Of a stretch of DNA of 64,000 bases, positions 24,343-50,397 are shown one piece after another. How positions within the stretch are numbered: the first letter of the stretch is position 1; each line of letters opens with the position of its first letter. A program made the position numbers and the translations under genes. Below the pieces are notes generated by a model that was not told the DNA's origin, did no database searches, and saw only the letters and a list, made by a program, of their open reading frames with translations. Origin of the DNA: Orbicella franksi (taxonomy: Eukaryota); NCBI GenBank assembly GCA_964199315.1, contig OZ116703.1, forward strand, positions 27,900,001 through 27,964,000, given 5' to 3'.

Positions 24343-24740
24343 TACCGTAAATCCTCGAATTAGCTCCCGGGGCGCTTATTTCAAATTTAGAAGAAGATGG
24401 GAGCCGCTTATTCGAGAGGGGCGCTTATTTAATTTTTCCCAAATCGTGCCCTGACATGATCTTTTTTTTTTAATACATCATCTGCACGTAAACAACATAA
24501 GCTGTTTATCGACGTAAAAAGCTGATCCTAAAGTTTAAATCGGGGCACCATTAGCAATTCACGTGGTCACAAACTGAAACAGTGTATAAATCTAATACTA
24601 CACGACGAAAACTATACATCATTTGCTGTCTCATTACTCGTCCACAAAATAGGGGGAGGGGAGGGGGCACTTATTTTTAATTCCGGCCGATGGGAGGGCC
24701 GCTTATTCGAGGGGGCCCGCTAATTCGAGGATTTACGGTA
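24343..24740. mobile_element. MITE with TACCGTAAATCCTCGAATTAGC TIRs (TA-target, Tc1/mariner-pogo-like)
   Basis: Inverted termini; second copy with the same internal sequence at 51375-51805. Confidence 0.85.
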
Positions 24741-24842
24741 GTTACAGGAAAACAGCCGCTTCAATACCTTAGGTTTTTTGTTGATGATTTTTTGAAGTGT
24801 CCCAAAGAAGACTTCGACCCTCTCTGGTTTCACAAGGTGCGG

Positions 24843-25003
24843 CAGTGGAACTGGCCCTGTCTTATGGCCAGCCCGTCAATACGGCCACCTCCATTACGGC
24901 CACTTTATTCAGGTCCGAACAAGGGCTCAGTTAGTAATTGTCCCTTAATTTAATACGGTCAGATTTTTGTGGCCCGTTGGTGACCGGATTAACGTGTTTC
25001 CAC
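24843..25003. mobile_element. CAGTGGAAC-ended MITE family (related pieces at ~25277-25365 and ~36652-36805)
   Basis: Shared gatttttgtggccc(g/a)ttggtgaccggattaa...ttccact segment in three places, one of them inverted. Confidence 0.65.
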
Positions 25004-26724
25004 TAGATTTAGATCAACGATGTTTGGGCCAAGCCGATTACAGTTTATTTGACCGTGAATATCCAGCCCAACTGTTTTGTCCGAAAAGGAGTGGAAAAGT
25101 ATATACCAGCATGTATTTTTTGTCAACCAAGTTGTTTCCGGCTGAAAAAAGTTAATCAACCAAAAACGGCTTGTTGATGTTTGTTTTCTGGACGACCCGA
25201 CTGATCATCGTACCTGCTGTAAGACCAATTTGTCAATTTCGAATTTTCGAGCCAGGGTTTTCGGGCCTACGGTACAGCTAAACTCAACCCCATCAATCCG
25301 TCACCAACGGGCCACAAAAATCTGACCTTACTTAACGGGTGTGGACGTAAGGTGGGGTTCCACTGTAATTTGGGAACGATGCTAATTAACATATAGCGTC
25401 GAGCCCTTATCATGAACAAGTGCTGGTTTAGAAACCTTGGATTATTACTACTTGCTAAAAGTAAGTATAGAAGGATAAATTTAGCACTATACTGTTTGAG
25501 GCAAAACAATTCCCTTCTACTCGCTCAGCTTAGCTCTTCTGAGATCGAAGTTGTATCTGGTTAGCTTTGCTTTGCAAGTAACAAACAACGCGCAAGTAAC
25601 AGCCTTCCACCGACCCACACGAATCTCTGTAGAGTCGCGTCATCAGCATGGAATCGGCCAGTGACAGAAGAAAGTCCATGATAATGATCTATGATGCTTA
25701 CATGTAGCTGTACCCACCGCTCGATACAGCTATACCTTCCTTCCGTTTGTCCTCGGAGGTTAGGGGGGTGGGTGGGTGGGTTTTCAGGGCTAGAACACCC
25801 CCTAACGTTTTTCCTCGGAGGGTGGGTACGGCAACATAAGGCAATGAAAAATACATGTTTGCGCATTCCAGTGCATTATTTCCAAAGATCATGCCAGCGT
25901 CACCCCCTGACAGTTTCTGATGTACCCTCCAGCTTGGGGCGTGTAGGAATTTAATTTTCCCCTTGAAACCTGTCCCAGATGACGTGCACTGCTTGCTGTG
26001 CCCACAAGTCCATCACTTGGTCCAACCATTTGTGTCGGCAGCTCTCAGAACTTAGTAGGTCTTCACCTTGCTCCATAATCTTTCACTTTGTAGTGAATCG
26101 ACCACTGAAAAAACACACTCATTTTAAAACTCATGTTCATCATGTAGATCTTTTATTGAAAATTTGTACTTTAACAAAACTCTGTTTTTACTTTATTTTG
26201 GTTTTAATTTATTTTATATTGTGGATGGACGTGTTTTAATTCTAAAATTACAAAACGTTTTGTACGATTGTCACTAAAATATGTACAATGGTGAAGTTAA
26301 CCTGGCAATAAATAAACTGATCTATGTATGTTTTTTTTTTCTCCCTGCAGTTTCGTTGGGAGAGTAGAGACGAGGACATTCGCGTTAATTTTTTTTAATT
26401 TAACTCTTTTCTCGAAAATATTTTTGTAATATTGGTAAATGGATCGTCTGATTCAACGAAAGTGTCACACAATTGAAGTTACGTGTAACGCCAGGTCAAT
26501 GACAAATTGATGACCAGCACAGTCGATCTTTTGAGGAACAATCCAGTACGGTCACGATATGCACGGACCCTGCAAAGTAGGACAATTCTTCCAAGTCCTT
26601 AAAGTGCCTTCTTGTACAAGTTCCTACATAGAGGAGGAATTCAGGCGTCACGAAGAGGCCTTCAGGACATAGCTTGCCAGGTGCCAATCACACTGGACTG
26701 AGTTCAAGCCTCCAGAAGGGTGTT

Positions 26725-39625
<12,901 letters not shown>

Positions 39626-40037
39626 GCTGCCTGACTTGTATTATTTGATTGAAATAACAAAATCAGGTTTGTAGTTGCTCTCTTTCATGTAAATATCCGT
39701 GTTCCTTTCAGTTGATTTTCGTTCGACGCTGTGACGTCGTTCAATCTGATTGGTTCGGTAAATCGTCGCCATATTGGATTGCTCAGACTGAAAAGGACTG
39801 GAAAGAGGAAGCTCCTCAACCGAAAAATGAGGACTTCTCATTTTTTTCTTTGTATGAATTTTTTTTCACAAATTCTCTTCTTAAAAAGGAGGGTAGGGAT
39901 TCCAATGAATTAAGAATGCTTTTTGCTATAGTCTCTGTCTCTCTCTGTGTCTCTGTGTGTGTTTCTCCCTCAGTTTCTCTCTCTGAGGCCGCATAAAATG
40001 ACTCTGCTATATTCCCCTTTGCCCGCCTCTCGTAAAA

Positions 40038-40338
40038 GGGTGGCTGGAAAACCCGAATAGCGAATAGCGAATAGTCGCGAATAGCGAACAGCGAATAGTC
40101 CCGAATAGCGATTAGTGCGAATAGTGGCGAACAGTCTCGAATAGTGGCGAATAGTGGCGAATAGTGGCAAATAATGGCAAATCGTAGCAAATAGGGTACC
40201 TAGTATCTCGAAGGAACGAAGCAACGAAGGATGGGATTTTCCCGCTGAAAAGCACTGACGCTTATCAGGACAAAAGGTGTTTCTAAACCTCCGGGGGGTA
40301 CTTTAAGAATTTCTGGGTGGGGATGTGCCGCTGGGACC

Positions 40339-40369
<31 letters not shown>

Positions 40370-40559
40370 CAGCTGAATTTTGCTAACCTATACTAGAGTA
40401 AACTCCCCAAATCCCCCCATCTATCGACACTGTTGAGGCTGATTTGCGTAAATTTAAACTTGCCGATTTGATTTTTTTACATTTTTGGGTGGTAATTCCT
40501 GGTTTCCTTACCCAAGATAAAATTTTCAATCAAGCAGTCAGTTTTGTGAAAAATGATAC

Positions 40560-40598
<39 letters not shown>

Positions 40599-41029
40599 CC
40601 TAGAGTAAACTGCTTGAAAACCATACCCTTCACGGCGGCACATACCTATATAGCCCATATATGGCAGGGCCCCTCCCCCCCCCCCCCCGCGTTCTAAACG
40701 TAATTTCTTCTGTTTTAACAGGTTTTAACCACTGCAAAAGCGTAAATACGTCTGTATTAGGTTATCCCTGTGTTTTCTGTTTTCTTAATGTCGGCGATGG
40801 ACAGCCCTAGCCTGAGTCCGGAGAAGAAAAGGTAATAAATTCACTGACATTCTGTTGCTTATTTGGATAATTAATTAACGCAGGATATCAGATCTAAACC
40901 GGTGACTATTGACGACTATTCGTCACTATTCGCCACTTTTCGCGACTGTTCGCTGCTATTCGCAGTATTCGAGACTATTAGCACATTCGGGACTATTCGC
41001 TATTCGCTATTCGGGTTTTCCAGACACCC
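40038..41029. mobile_element. Non-autonomous Foldback/MULE-like element: long TIRs built of CGAATAG subrepeats, 9-bp TSD
   Basis: Left end GGGTGGCTGGAAAACCCGAATAGCGAATAGCG; reverse complement of the right end GGGTGTCTGGAAAACCCGAATAGCGAATAGCG; CTCGTAAAA at 40029-40037 and 41030-41038. Confidence 0.9.
40289..40691. mobile_element. CCGGGGGG-ended MITE nested inside the Foldback-like element
   Basis: G-run/C-run inverted ends and an 8-bp duplication TTCTAAAC at 40281-40288 and 40692-40699. Confidence 0.65.
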
Positions 41030-41735
41030 CTCGTAAAATGTCCTTTGCACCCGCACGATGACAGGACTGAGCGCAGATCGATCCTCTTGTACGTCCAAGC
41101 AAAGTGGTGATCTTGTTACACATGTGGTCCAGCTGTTGAAATTCTATTCCCAAGACAAAACCCACATGTAGGTATCACGTATCACCTGTGGTCACCAGGG
41201 CAGTCGGCATTTCGTAGATCCTTCGTGCCTACTTCGGGCGGGACGATGTGTGACCGGTGACCGTATTTCGTTCGTCTCACAGATAGAATTTCACTGGACG
41301 AGGAGCCCATGACCCTTGAGAGGACATACAATGCAATGTACATACAGGAGCATATCACATGGTAGATAATATTTTCCGTTTGAATCAAAGAAAAATAGTT
41401 GCAATATTTCACGGCGAATTTAAGTTGACATTACGGTCAAATAAGACTCTCTGATCTGTCCCCCTGGCTCGGCCTCTTGTAGTTCGTAGTAGGCGGGATA
41501 TATGGGGGGGGTGGGGTGGAGGCTGGAGGGTAGGAGTAGAGCAATTCGATGGTCTGGGAACGAATGTTTTGCCGCTGACTGCCTGCTTTCTGCAATTCGT
41601 ATTCGTTTCTCTGATGTGAAAGTCAAGCCATCTCGCTGAGGAAATTGTCGCTTTTGCGATAGATGTTTATCTGCTCATGGTCGGTAAAGATTCAATTAGT
41701 CAACGCACAAATGTGCTACGAAGCAGGGAACAGCA

Positions 41736-44700
41736 ATGAGCGCAAAAAAGCCGCCTCCCCGACCACCCTTACCGCGATCATCGACCGCGAGAAGTGGCCA
41801 GCCAACCGGAGTAGCTCCTGAGAAATCTCTCCGAAATCCATTTTCTTCCATCTCTATTCGCTACAGTTCAAGCAACAAGGAGTCAGATTCCGACGAAGAA
41901 ATTTCTATAGTACGTAAAGAAAATAGTAAGGTTCCCGATCCCAATGAACTACGTCAAGAAATCGGGGGAGAAGATGGAGAAGATGGTTTTTTTAATGTGA
42001 CGAAGCGAGTGTGTGAGCAAGTTGGAAGCGCGAACACTTCTCAACCGGAAAAATATAAATATGCTGAAGGAACTTCGAATACGAAACAGAACTCTTCTGG
42101 GACAGGCTTAAATCTTGCAAGCAAAAGTCATTCTACTCAGGAACTGAGGGAAACGCCAGACAGGCGATCGGCAGTTACAAAACAGAGCACTTGGCCGAGT
42201 TATTCGCGAAATGAAGACTCCGATTCGGTGATCATGAAGTTTCTGCGTGGTCGAGAAAGGGAGCGCGAGCAGGGGAACGAAGGGAAAGTTGACTCTTCAA
42301 AAGAAGGTCTTTCGCTTTCCGAGAAGGAGGAAAGCGATGCTGGTTCGCGTCCTTGCAAGAGCCATGCTGACGATGGTTCGGAGAGTAAGTTGAAAGCGCA
42401 CCATCAAAGGTCCAGGTCACCTTCACCATTTCGCATTTTGAATCGTGATCGCCAGGTTGAAAGTGCAGGTGATCAGGAGAAACCTAAATCCTCAGCTGGA
42501 ATTTCCTTATCATCTCTTTTAGCCAGCATAGCGAAAGACGAAGTACATGGTGAGACCGAAGAGAAAATTTCAGATACTGAGGAAATCGAAAGCAACGCGG
42601 ACATAGTTTCTGAAATCCCTTCTCCAGACTTGTTATTCAATTTTGACCACTATAATGAGGCAAGCAGAGAGTCGGGAGCGAGACTCTTATCACGCCCCAT
42701 TCTAGACAAATCGCCTCAGTTCGCAAATTTCTGCTTTTGCTCTTTGCTTGTGTACATCTACTTCATAACAAGTTCTCCGCCGTTCATCTCTGGTTTAGTC
42801 CTTGGAAGTTTGTTGGCGTATTTAGGAGGATGTGCGTTTCTGTGGCTGTTTTGTCCAGAGGATACTCTAGCGGAACGATATGAAAAAGAATTGTTGGAAT
42901 ACGAAGGGAGACTAGCGAGAACACCTAGGCCAGAGTACAAATATGTCGATCCAGGATTGCTTGTGAAAAGAAACGTGCTAGAGGCAAGTATACAACTTGT
43001 GAATTATAAAAAAAATGTTTTCGTGACATCAAATAATGAAAACAAAATTCTGTCATTTATCACCAGCCAAATGATTCTTGAAGTTTAGCAATCAATTAAA
43101 ATGTAACAATGTGACAACTTTCCAGTGATGCAGAGCATTTTAAAACATCGATTGCACAGTCACCCGTAGAGTCTGTGACAGACAGAAACGCTTTCATTCT
43201 TGAGTAGAATAACATTTGCTAATCTTCATGTTTTCAATTTTTAATGAGTCCCTTTATTGATTTTTATCAGCTAAGTTGAAATTTGGATTGGAGTGGATCC
43301 AATTACAATGGACAAGAAGCTTGATGAAACTCAAAAGCGGGCACTTAAAGTGTAACTTCTTTTTTGTTTTTTTAAAAATAGTCTGACTGCTCTTTTTCAA
43401 AAGAAATTGCATCATTCTCACAAATGACATTTGCATTGTAGGCCAGATGCTTCCTTGCATCTTGCGCATAACTAAAGCACATGTATTGCTTGTATGAAAA
43501 ATATTTAAGTTTCTCATTCATTTATTTTTTGTGTCAGCACTTTCTTACTGTCCAAGTCACCAGTATTTTGGCAAGGGGATAGTCTGCCTTGTTCCATTAT
43601 TTGGTTTGTCACACAACCATTCTCCCCACTAATGGCTGGATAAATCCAGGGTTCACCTGAAAATTTGAAGTAGAGGGAGAATAACTTTGAGTAAGCGGCA
43701 GACAATGCCGATAAAAAGATTTGGAGTGGTTTTATCGGAGCCATGTGGAAGGGGGGATGACAGCAACCTGTTATTGGGGGGTCCGGGAGCCTCCCCGGGA
43801 AAATTTTGAAATTGGGGTTCTAAAAAGTGCATTTCAGTGTATTTTAAGCAATCATGGTTTTGTTCTTTTGTTAAAGAAAAGCAATTTCACCGAGAGAAAA
43901 ACATAGATATGTATTGTGATAGTTGAACAGGTTAGTCATCGTCATCCGTATGAAATTTGAAAAAAATATCAAAAATGTTCTCATTTTGTGGTCAATCATG
44001 CATGTAAAAATGAGAAAAGAGTTTTGCTGGCATTGAAGGTACTAGATTGAGGTTTGACATTTATTTTGTTAAAAGACAAGTTTTGAATGGCTTTAAACAC
44101 AGTGCTAGGGGTGGAATTCATTGAACGTGATGAAGCTTGTGATTGGTAACCATTGCAAGTGCAAGCCTGTAATACTTGGTGAAGTTTCCTGCGGATTTAA
44201 GCTCAGAATTTTTTCTGATTAAGCGTGCGGACCATCATCACCGTTTTGAACCTTTGCGATAGTTTGGGTTTTTCGTTCATGATTTCAAAAGTGATAAAAT
44301 TAATACAATCAAACTTAAACTTTACATATTTTGCAAATGTTTCGCTTTATAATGAAGCCTTGAAATAGTGCATGTATTTATTCATACTTCCCTGCTCGAT
44401 AAGTTCGCCAGTTTTATATCTCACTTCCAATATTTACACAAACATCTTACAGCTGCTGAGTTTAAAGATTGTGTAAGATCTTGTAAAGTTTGTTTCTTTT
44501 GTTGAAAGAAATCTTTGTAGTTATTTGTTCTTGAAAATCCTCCATGTGCGAGCCAAGCACTGGGTTGCATGTCATTGTGTTTAAAGAACTAATTAAATTA
44601 CGCTTACATTCACTGGAGATAAAAGAACTAATTTTAATAATATTTTTGAAAGAAAACAACTTATGACCTTCGTTTGTGCCATCTCTATTTTCTTTTCAAT

Positions 44701-47700
44701 TTATCCCTGGTACTTAGTAGCAATTGTTGGGTTTTGCACTTCATGTTCAGAGGAAAAACTGAGCTTTAACTTAATCCCGGCTGTCAAATATTTCAGTGCT
44801 GCTGTCACAGCTCAGTGCCCACGTCACATTTTTGGTGGCAATTCTCATGGCCCAAATGATTTCAGATTTCTTTTATCTTACAGCTATAAGAGTTGCTATG
44901 TATTTGTTGAGAATATTAGACATATTGTTTTTATGCTTAATTTTATTGACGGATAGGCTCACATTGTTACAAATACAATTTTTTCATAATTTATTTACTA
45001 TAAGTAGCTGGCACGCCAAGGACGACTAGACAGCAAATTTCGCCGGTCACCGGAGCTTATGGAGAACTCTGTAAATCTAAGCCACATTCCACTCTCCACT
45101 TTGACACCCACCCGGGGTCCCTCCCTGAGACACCCATCAGCCAAAAATATGCAGTGAATGTTTACCAAAACACAGCTAGATTGCTACAATACTTAAACTC
45201 AGATACATGATGTACTTACGAAATTTTCCTAACTGTGGTCTTCAAATCAGATGTGTTTTATTTGGGTATTATTTTTTATTTTGATGTCAAATGTATGTCA
45301 AATTCAAAAGGTGACATCATTAGTATCTGTTGACATTTTCGACGTCAGGTTCACAATATGAAAAGACTTTTGAATAGTGTAATCGTCAAATCGTGGCACA
45401 ACAAGGTAATGAGATCTTTAAGCAACACTTGTTGTTTAAACAACCAAACCTGGGTATCAACAAATTGTTAGGATGAGTTGACAAAATGCTTGAAACTAAG
45501 CTGTAATGGACTAACATCAGTTGCTTCATGCTACAGATGAGAAGCCAGTGAAAACAAAAACAGTTATGGGCAACAAGGCTTGTGAATACTAACCTACTTA
45601 CACAGTGTTTCATAACCATTTAGTAAGATTTGCTCGAATCATCTTTAATGTTTTACTCTGCTTTTCTCTTCAGGGCTGGATGTTTAAGTCATTTGATTAT
45701 GTCGCAGACAAGTTTGACTTTAGCCACGAGACTGTTCCAATATATGCCTCAGTGAAGGGAACAAAATTAACTCTGTCATATCCCAATGTTGATAGTGCGG
45801 GCAAAAAGTTTGATCTCAGGTCAATTGATGAGGGTGCAAAGGTACTTTTTGCAAGACATGAACACTACGACATAGCTGGAAGTAAAGTTTCACTTTTACC
45901 TTCGACTATGACAATGAAGAAAGTGTGGAGTCGAAAGTTTCCGATCTGCCTTGTTCTTGAAAAGCCAAATGCAGTTACTGAAGACATCACTTACAAAACC
46001 AGAAGTACAGATGAAGAAGATGACGCAGACAACGTGTGCAAGGTCAAACAGCAGGATTCATTTGAAGATGTTGGTGTTCTTTACTTGTTTCCGAGGACTG
46101 GCAGAGAGAAAGAAGAATGGTTCAATCACCTGTGCAGACTTCTGAATGACAATTCTGAGAACACTTCTTCACAGGAAACCATCCAAACGTCTTGCTCATA
46201 TCCACATTACATGGCCAGACTTGTGCCTGAACCTAATGCTTCACAGCAGAGTGAAATTGCCTGGGTGAATGTTATATTTGGAAGAGCATTTTGGGATGTG
46301 TGGCAAGATAAGTACTGGACCAACAAAGTCAAGGAACGCTTTGAAAACAAACTTGCCAAGATGAAAAAGCCCTCTTTTATTCGGGATATCACTATTTCTG
46401 ATCTCAATCTTGGTCAAAGTCTCCCAGTTATAACAAAGACTTTTCCTCCTGTGGTTGACGAGCGGGGCACTTGGGTTGATTTGGAAGTGACCTATGGCGG
46501 TGGCTTGATTCTTACATTTGAGGGCCATTTGAACATTGAGGGCTATTTGAGCTACTTCCTAAGTCTTGGAAACAGTGAACATGGAGAAGTTTCCGCAGAA
46601 CTGGAAATGGCAGCATTGTCACGAAAATATGAAATGATTGACAATGAAAGTTTTGACCCAGAGGATCCAGAAAATGATTCTGAGTCAGAAAGTCCACCAG
46701 ATAGTGACTCAGACTTTGAATCGCCTGAGTCTGACCTTGAAGAATTCACAATTAAAGCTATTCATACACCTCTTAAAGTGCCAGATAAGCCTGATGATGG
46801 ACCGCAGAGTGAAAGCTCTGACTATTTCACATTGAGCAGCTTTGAGGGTGACGAGGACTTTCTAGAAAGCAAGGACACATTGCCTTCTGGCAATCTATCT
46901 GACTCAGAAGTAGGAAATGGCATTTTGGATAGGAACACCCAACTAAAAAGAAGGACACTGTCTTCTCAAAAGCAGAGCTCAGGAGAAGAAACATCTGATA
47001 AAAGCTTACCAACTGGCCCTAGTGACAAGACATCAGACAGTGCCCCTTGTACTCCAGCAAAAAAACATTTAGGTTTTTCAGCTAGACATGGAGCAAAGCG
47101 TAAGATCTTTAGTGTGATTGAACGGCTGGCCAAATCCAAGTGGGTAAAGAAGGCAGCTGAGACTGGCATAGTCAAACGGGCAGCTGAGAGGTTTTCTAAT
47201 ATTCCTATCATTTTGTCGGTGGAGGTTCAAAAAGTCCAAGGAACTCTTGCATTGAACATTCCTCCACCTCCTACAAACAGACTCTGGTAGGTGACTGTTA
47301 GTTGATCTATATTGAACAATCTCCAATCTGCAACATTCACTACCTTTCTTCTTGAGAGAATATATGGTCCTGATTTATTACTGTTTTTCTACCTGGTGAT
47401 CATTTATCTTTGTCGCTAACTTTTAAATAGTAATTTGTTATAAATTGTCATTGCCTGATTTCAAGCTGAAAAGGACTAGGTATGAGTCTGTAAATTATGG
47501 GATTAGCAACTATTGATCCACATAGTCAGAAAGAGCACACCAAGATCCACAAACTCTTCAAGTTTAGTGTTATCAGGCTAGTTTTGACTGAGATACAACC
47601 ATTTAAAAATGCAAAATTACACAAATATTTTGGTTATCATCTTTTATGAAAAACGCTATTGTATATCTTTGTTGTGCAGGTATGGTTTTCGAGGAACTCC

Positions 47701-48292
47701 ATTGCTGTTTGTGTCAGCAAGACCAAAGCTCGGTGATCGTCAGGTCAAACTTACTCACGTCACAGAATGGATTGAGAAAAAGCTTAAACAAGAATTCAGG
47801 GTGAGTCAAGTTTCCAAAACTGCATGTTAATGTAGTTGTTACAATTTCAACTCTGAAATAAAGCAGGTTGAAACCTCGGCATATGATCCTAGTAAATGGC
47901 CTTGCTCACTCCAAGTCCACCTTACTGGATAAAGCACCACGTCTGGTGTTTGTGAGATCAATATAACAAGAATTTGTGTGCTACTGTTGCTGCTGCTGCT
48001 GCTGTTTTTCCCACAAGTATAGGCTTGTGCTTGTTTTGTTTTCTGTTTGGTATTTGTGAATCTCTGATGAAACCTCCCAAATTCTCAAGTTTCCTCCAGT
48101 TTTCCCAGGTTGTAGGTTGCTAGTTGAGACCACCAAGACCCAGTTTTCAGTAGCAAATTAGTCTTACATGTCTTGCTTTTTAATATCAATACTAATATTT
48201 GATTTCAGAACATGTTTGTCTTACCAAACATGGAAGATCTCCCCATCAGACTCATGAATTCAGGACTTGAAGAACAATTCCCGGAATGGTGA
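41736..48292 (+). CDS. TEX2: TEX2 (SMP-domain ER membrane-contact lipid-transfer protein); exons 41736-42983, 45674-47286, 47680-47800, 48209-48292 (~1021 aa)
   Basis: Low-complexity N-terminus, twin TM hairpin (FCSLLVYIYF...LLAYLGGCAFLWLF), PH-like GWMFK...YLFPRTGREKEEWF, SMP AWVNVIFGRAFWD...LALNIPPPPTNRLWYGFR...RPKLGDRQVKLTHVTEWIEKKL...FVLPNMEDL. Confidence 0.93.
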
Positions 48293-50397
48293 TCAGATGA
48301 AAGCATATGTGTACATGCAGAGAATATTTCATAATGAAGTGTAGAATAGCTTACTATAGCTTGTCAGATCAATTAACGTATGAAAAAAGTGTTAAATTGT
48401 TCATAAATTGAGACATTTCAGTAAAAACTGTAGACTTACAATGAGGATGTAGATCAATCAATCTGAGTCTTTATCAAGATTTAATGACCATATATCTAGG
48501 ATAGCTCATAAATTTGCAGGCATGCCTTCATTAGGAATGTGTTCTTTCAGGCTGTAACAGTGTATAATGTCCACAACAGGAATATTATGGTGTGTTTTCA
48601 ATTTCATTTGGTATGAAGTGAGTAAGTTTAAATTTACCCCCCAAAAATTATTTCATGGATTATTCAAAAAGTGAATACAAGTTGTTCAACAGTATTATGA
48701 ATCATAAATGTCAAGCCATTGCTATTTCAAAAATGTTATATTTATTTTTTGCTTCTTTTTTGGAGCAGAGAAAGCATTGCCTTAGAAGTAATTCGTAGAT
48801 ATTAATATGAATTTTCTTCATACATTTGTTTTCAGCAAAGAATCAATAAACTTAAACTATGACATTTAGGTACTTTACTTGACAGTGAATGAAAAGTACC
48901 AATTATAAGTACATTGTAACTGAAGGATCCAAAAAATAACGTGTTAGGACAGAAAAACTTCACAAGAATAACCTGAGTGGTTAACATAAAGGCAGATTGT
49001 GTTGCTTGATCATGCAATTCATGTTTTTGCAGATATGACTCATATGATCAGGTGCAACTGACACCTATAAACCACTCGTGTGATGAGTGTGATGAATTTT
49101 GTTTATGACTTGTGGTAAACCAAACTGTCACCTTGACATTGAATATTGAATAAAAGAGATATTGATCCTGAGCTACCCATCTCTTTAAGATACCTGATTA
49201 TAAGTAATGCAGAACAAAACAGGCATGTTAATGATAACGTTAATAATATTAATAATATTATGATAATTAGTTGCTAAGAGTGTGCATTTCGTTCGCTTAA
49301 CATTAGGCTCGAGGTTTTGGCCTTCATTATTTGAAGCAGTGTATGGAAAAAGACTCTAAGTGACCTCTGATGGACTGCAAGATTCTCCTACCACCTCCTT
49401 GCACAGAAAAGGAGTATTTGACATGAGATCAAGAGTCAGTAGGGTTTTTTCCATGCACCCCTTTATTTATGGGTCACCAATGCTAGTAACCTCTAGACCT
49501 AACCCAGTGACAATCCATAGGCAATAACTAAATTGTAGGTCATTGTTAAGCAGAGCAAATTAAGTTTGGGGTTTTTTGTCATACTTTGGCCAAAATGTAG
49601 CTCATTTTATAAAACACATGAAACAAATTACTCCTATCTGGAATTTGTTTATTCCGAAGAAACAATTTTTGATACCTTCCACCCAATTTATAATTATACA
49701 AAAATTCTAAAATTCATATTACTGTACAGTTATTAATATATAGATTGTGCTATGTGTTTAAAATAATAATTATTATTATTGTTGTTTATTTTAGAAATGT
49801 CAGAGGCCTCTTCTTAAGCCAGTACAGTCAGTCAACAATGGCTGCATTTGTTGTTTTGTTTTGTTAACGGTTTTATTTAAGAAGACTTAAAAGGGTGTTT
49901 ATTGAACTAGAAGTAGAATACTGGATTATTTTTACTTATTTTCATGTTCTTGGTTACAGTTAGCTCCTACATCCTTTGCTTCACATGAAAATAGCAAAAG
50001 AGACTTCTTTATGCGGGCTATTGTCATGGTAACATACAAGTCTTCCTGGCAAAGATTCAAATTGAAACCACTGGCGGCAGCCTTTCTTTTCTTTTCTTTT
50101 CTTTAAATCTTGAAAACTGGCGGAAACAGTCTCACAATAACTATCCTATTCTGTCCATCAGATGTACAAAGTAATTCTCCTTAATTTTTGTTTTATGCCA
50201 CAATAATTTGAAAGAAAAAACTATATAGAGAGTTAACAAATAAATTAATATTTTGTTCTATAGAGAGTGTATTCTTAAGCAACATTAATTTAAAATGTTG
50301 TAATATGTAGAGTAATTTTAAAGACATTGATGTATTAAATAAAACAAAAACTAAACTTGGTTCTTGACAGCTGTGTTTTCTGACTGGTGTGACTGAA

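Noticed and set aside
39816-40224. ORFs with repetitive IRHYSRLFA/IRDYSLFA-like peptides
   Set aside because: These are translations of the CGAATAG heptamer array in the transposon TIR.
40788-40831. Candidate RNPS1 first exon (MSAMDSPSLSPEKK-R, phase 2), which would nest TEX2 inside RNPS1 intron 1
   Set aside because: It lies inside a TSD-bounded transposon, and a closer, stronger exon (AT/GTAAGT at 52056) explains the RNPS1 start more simply.
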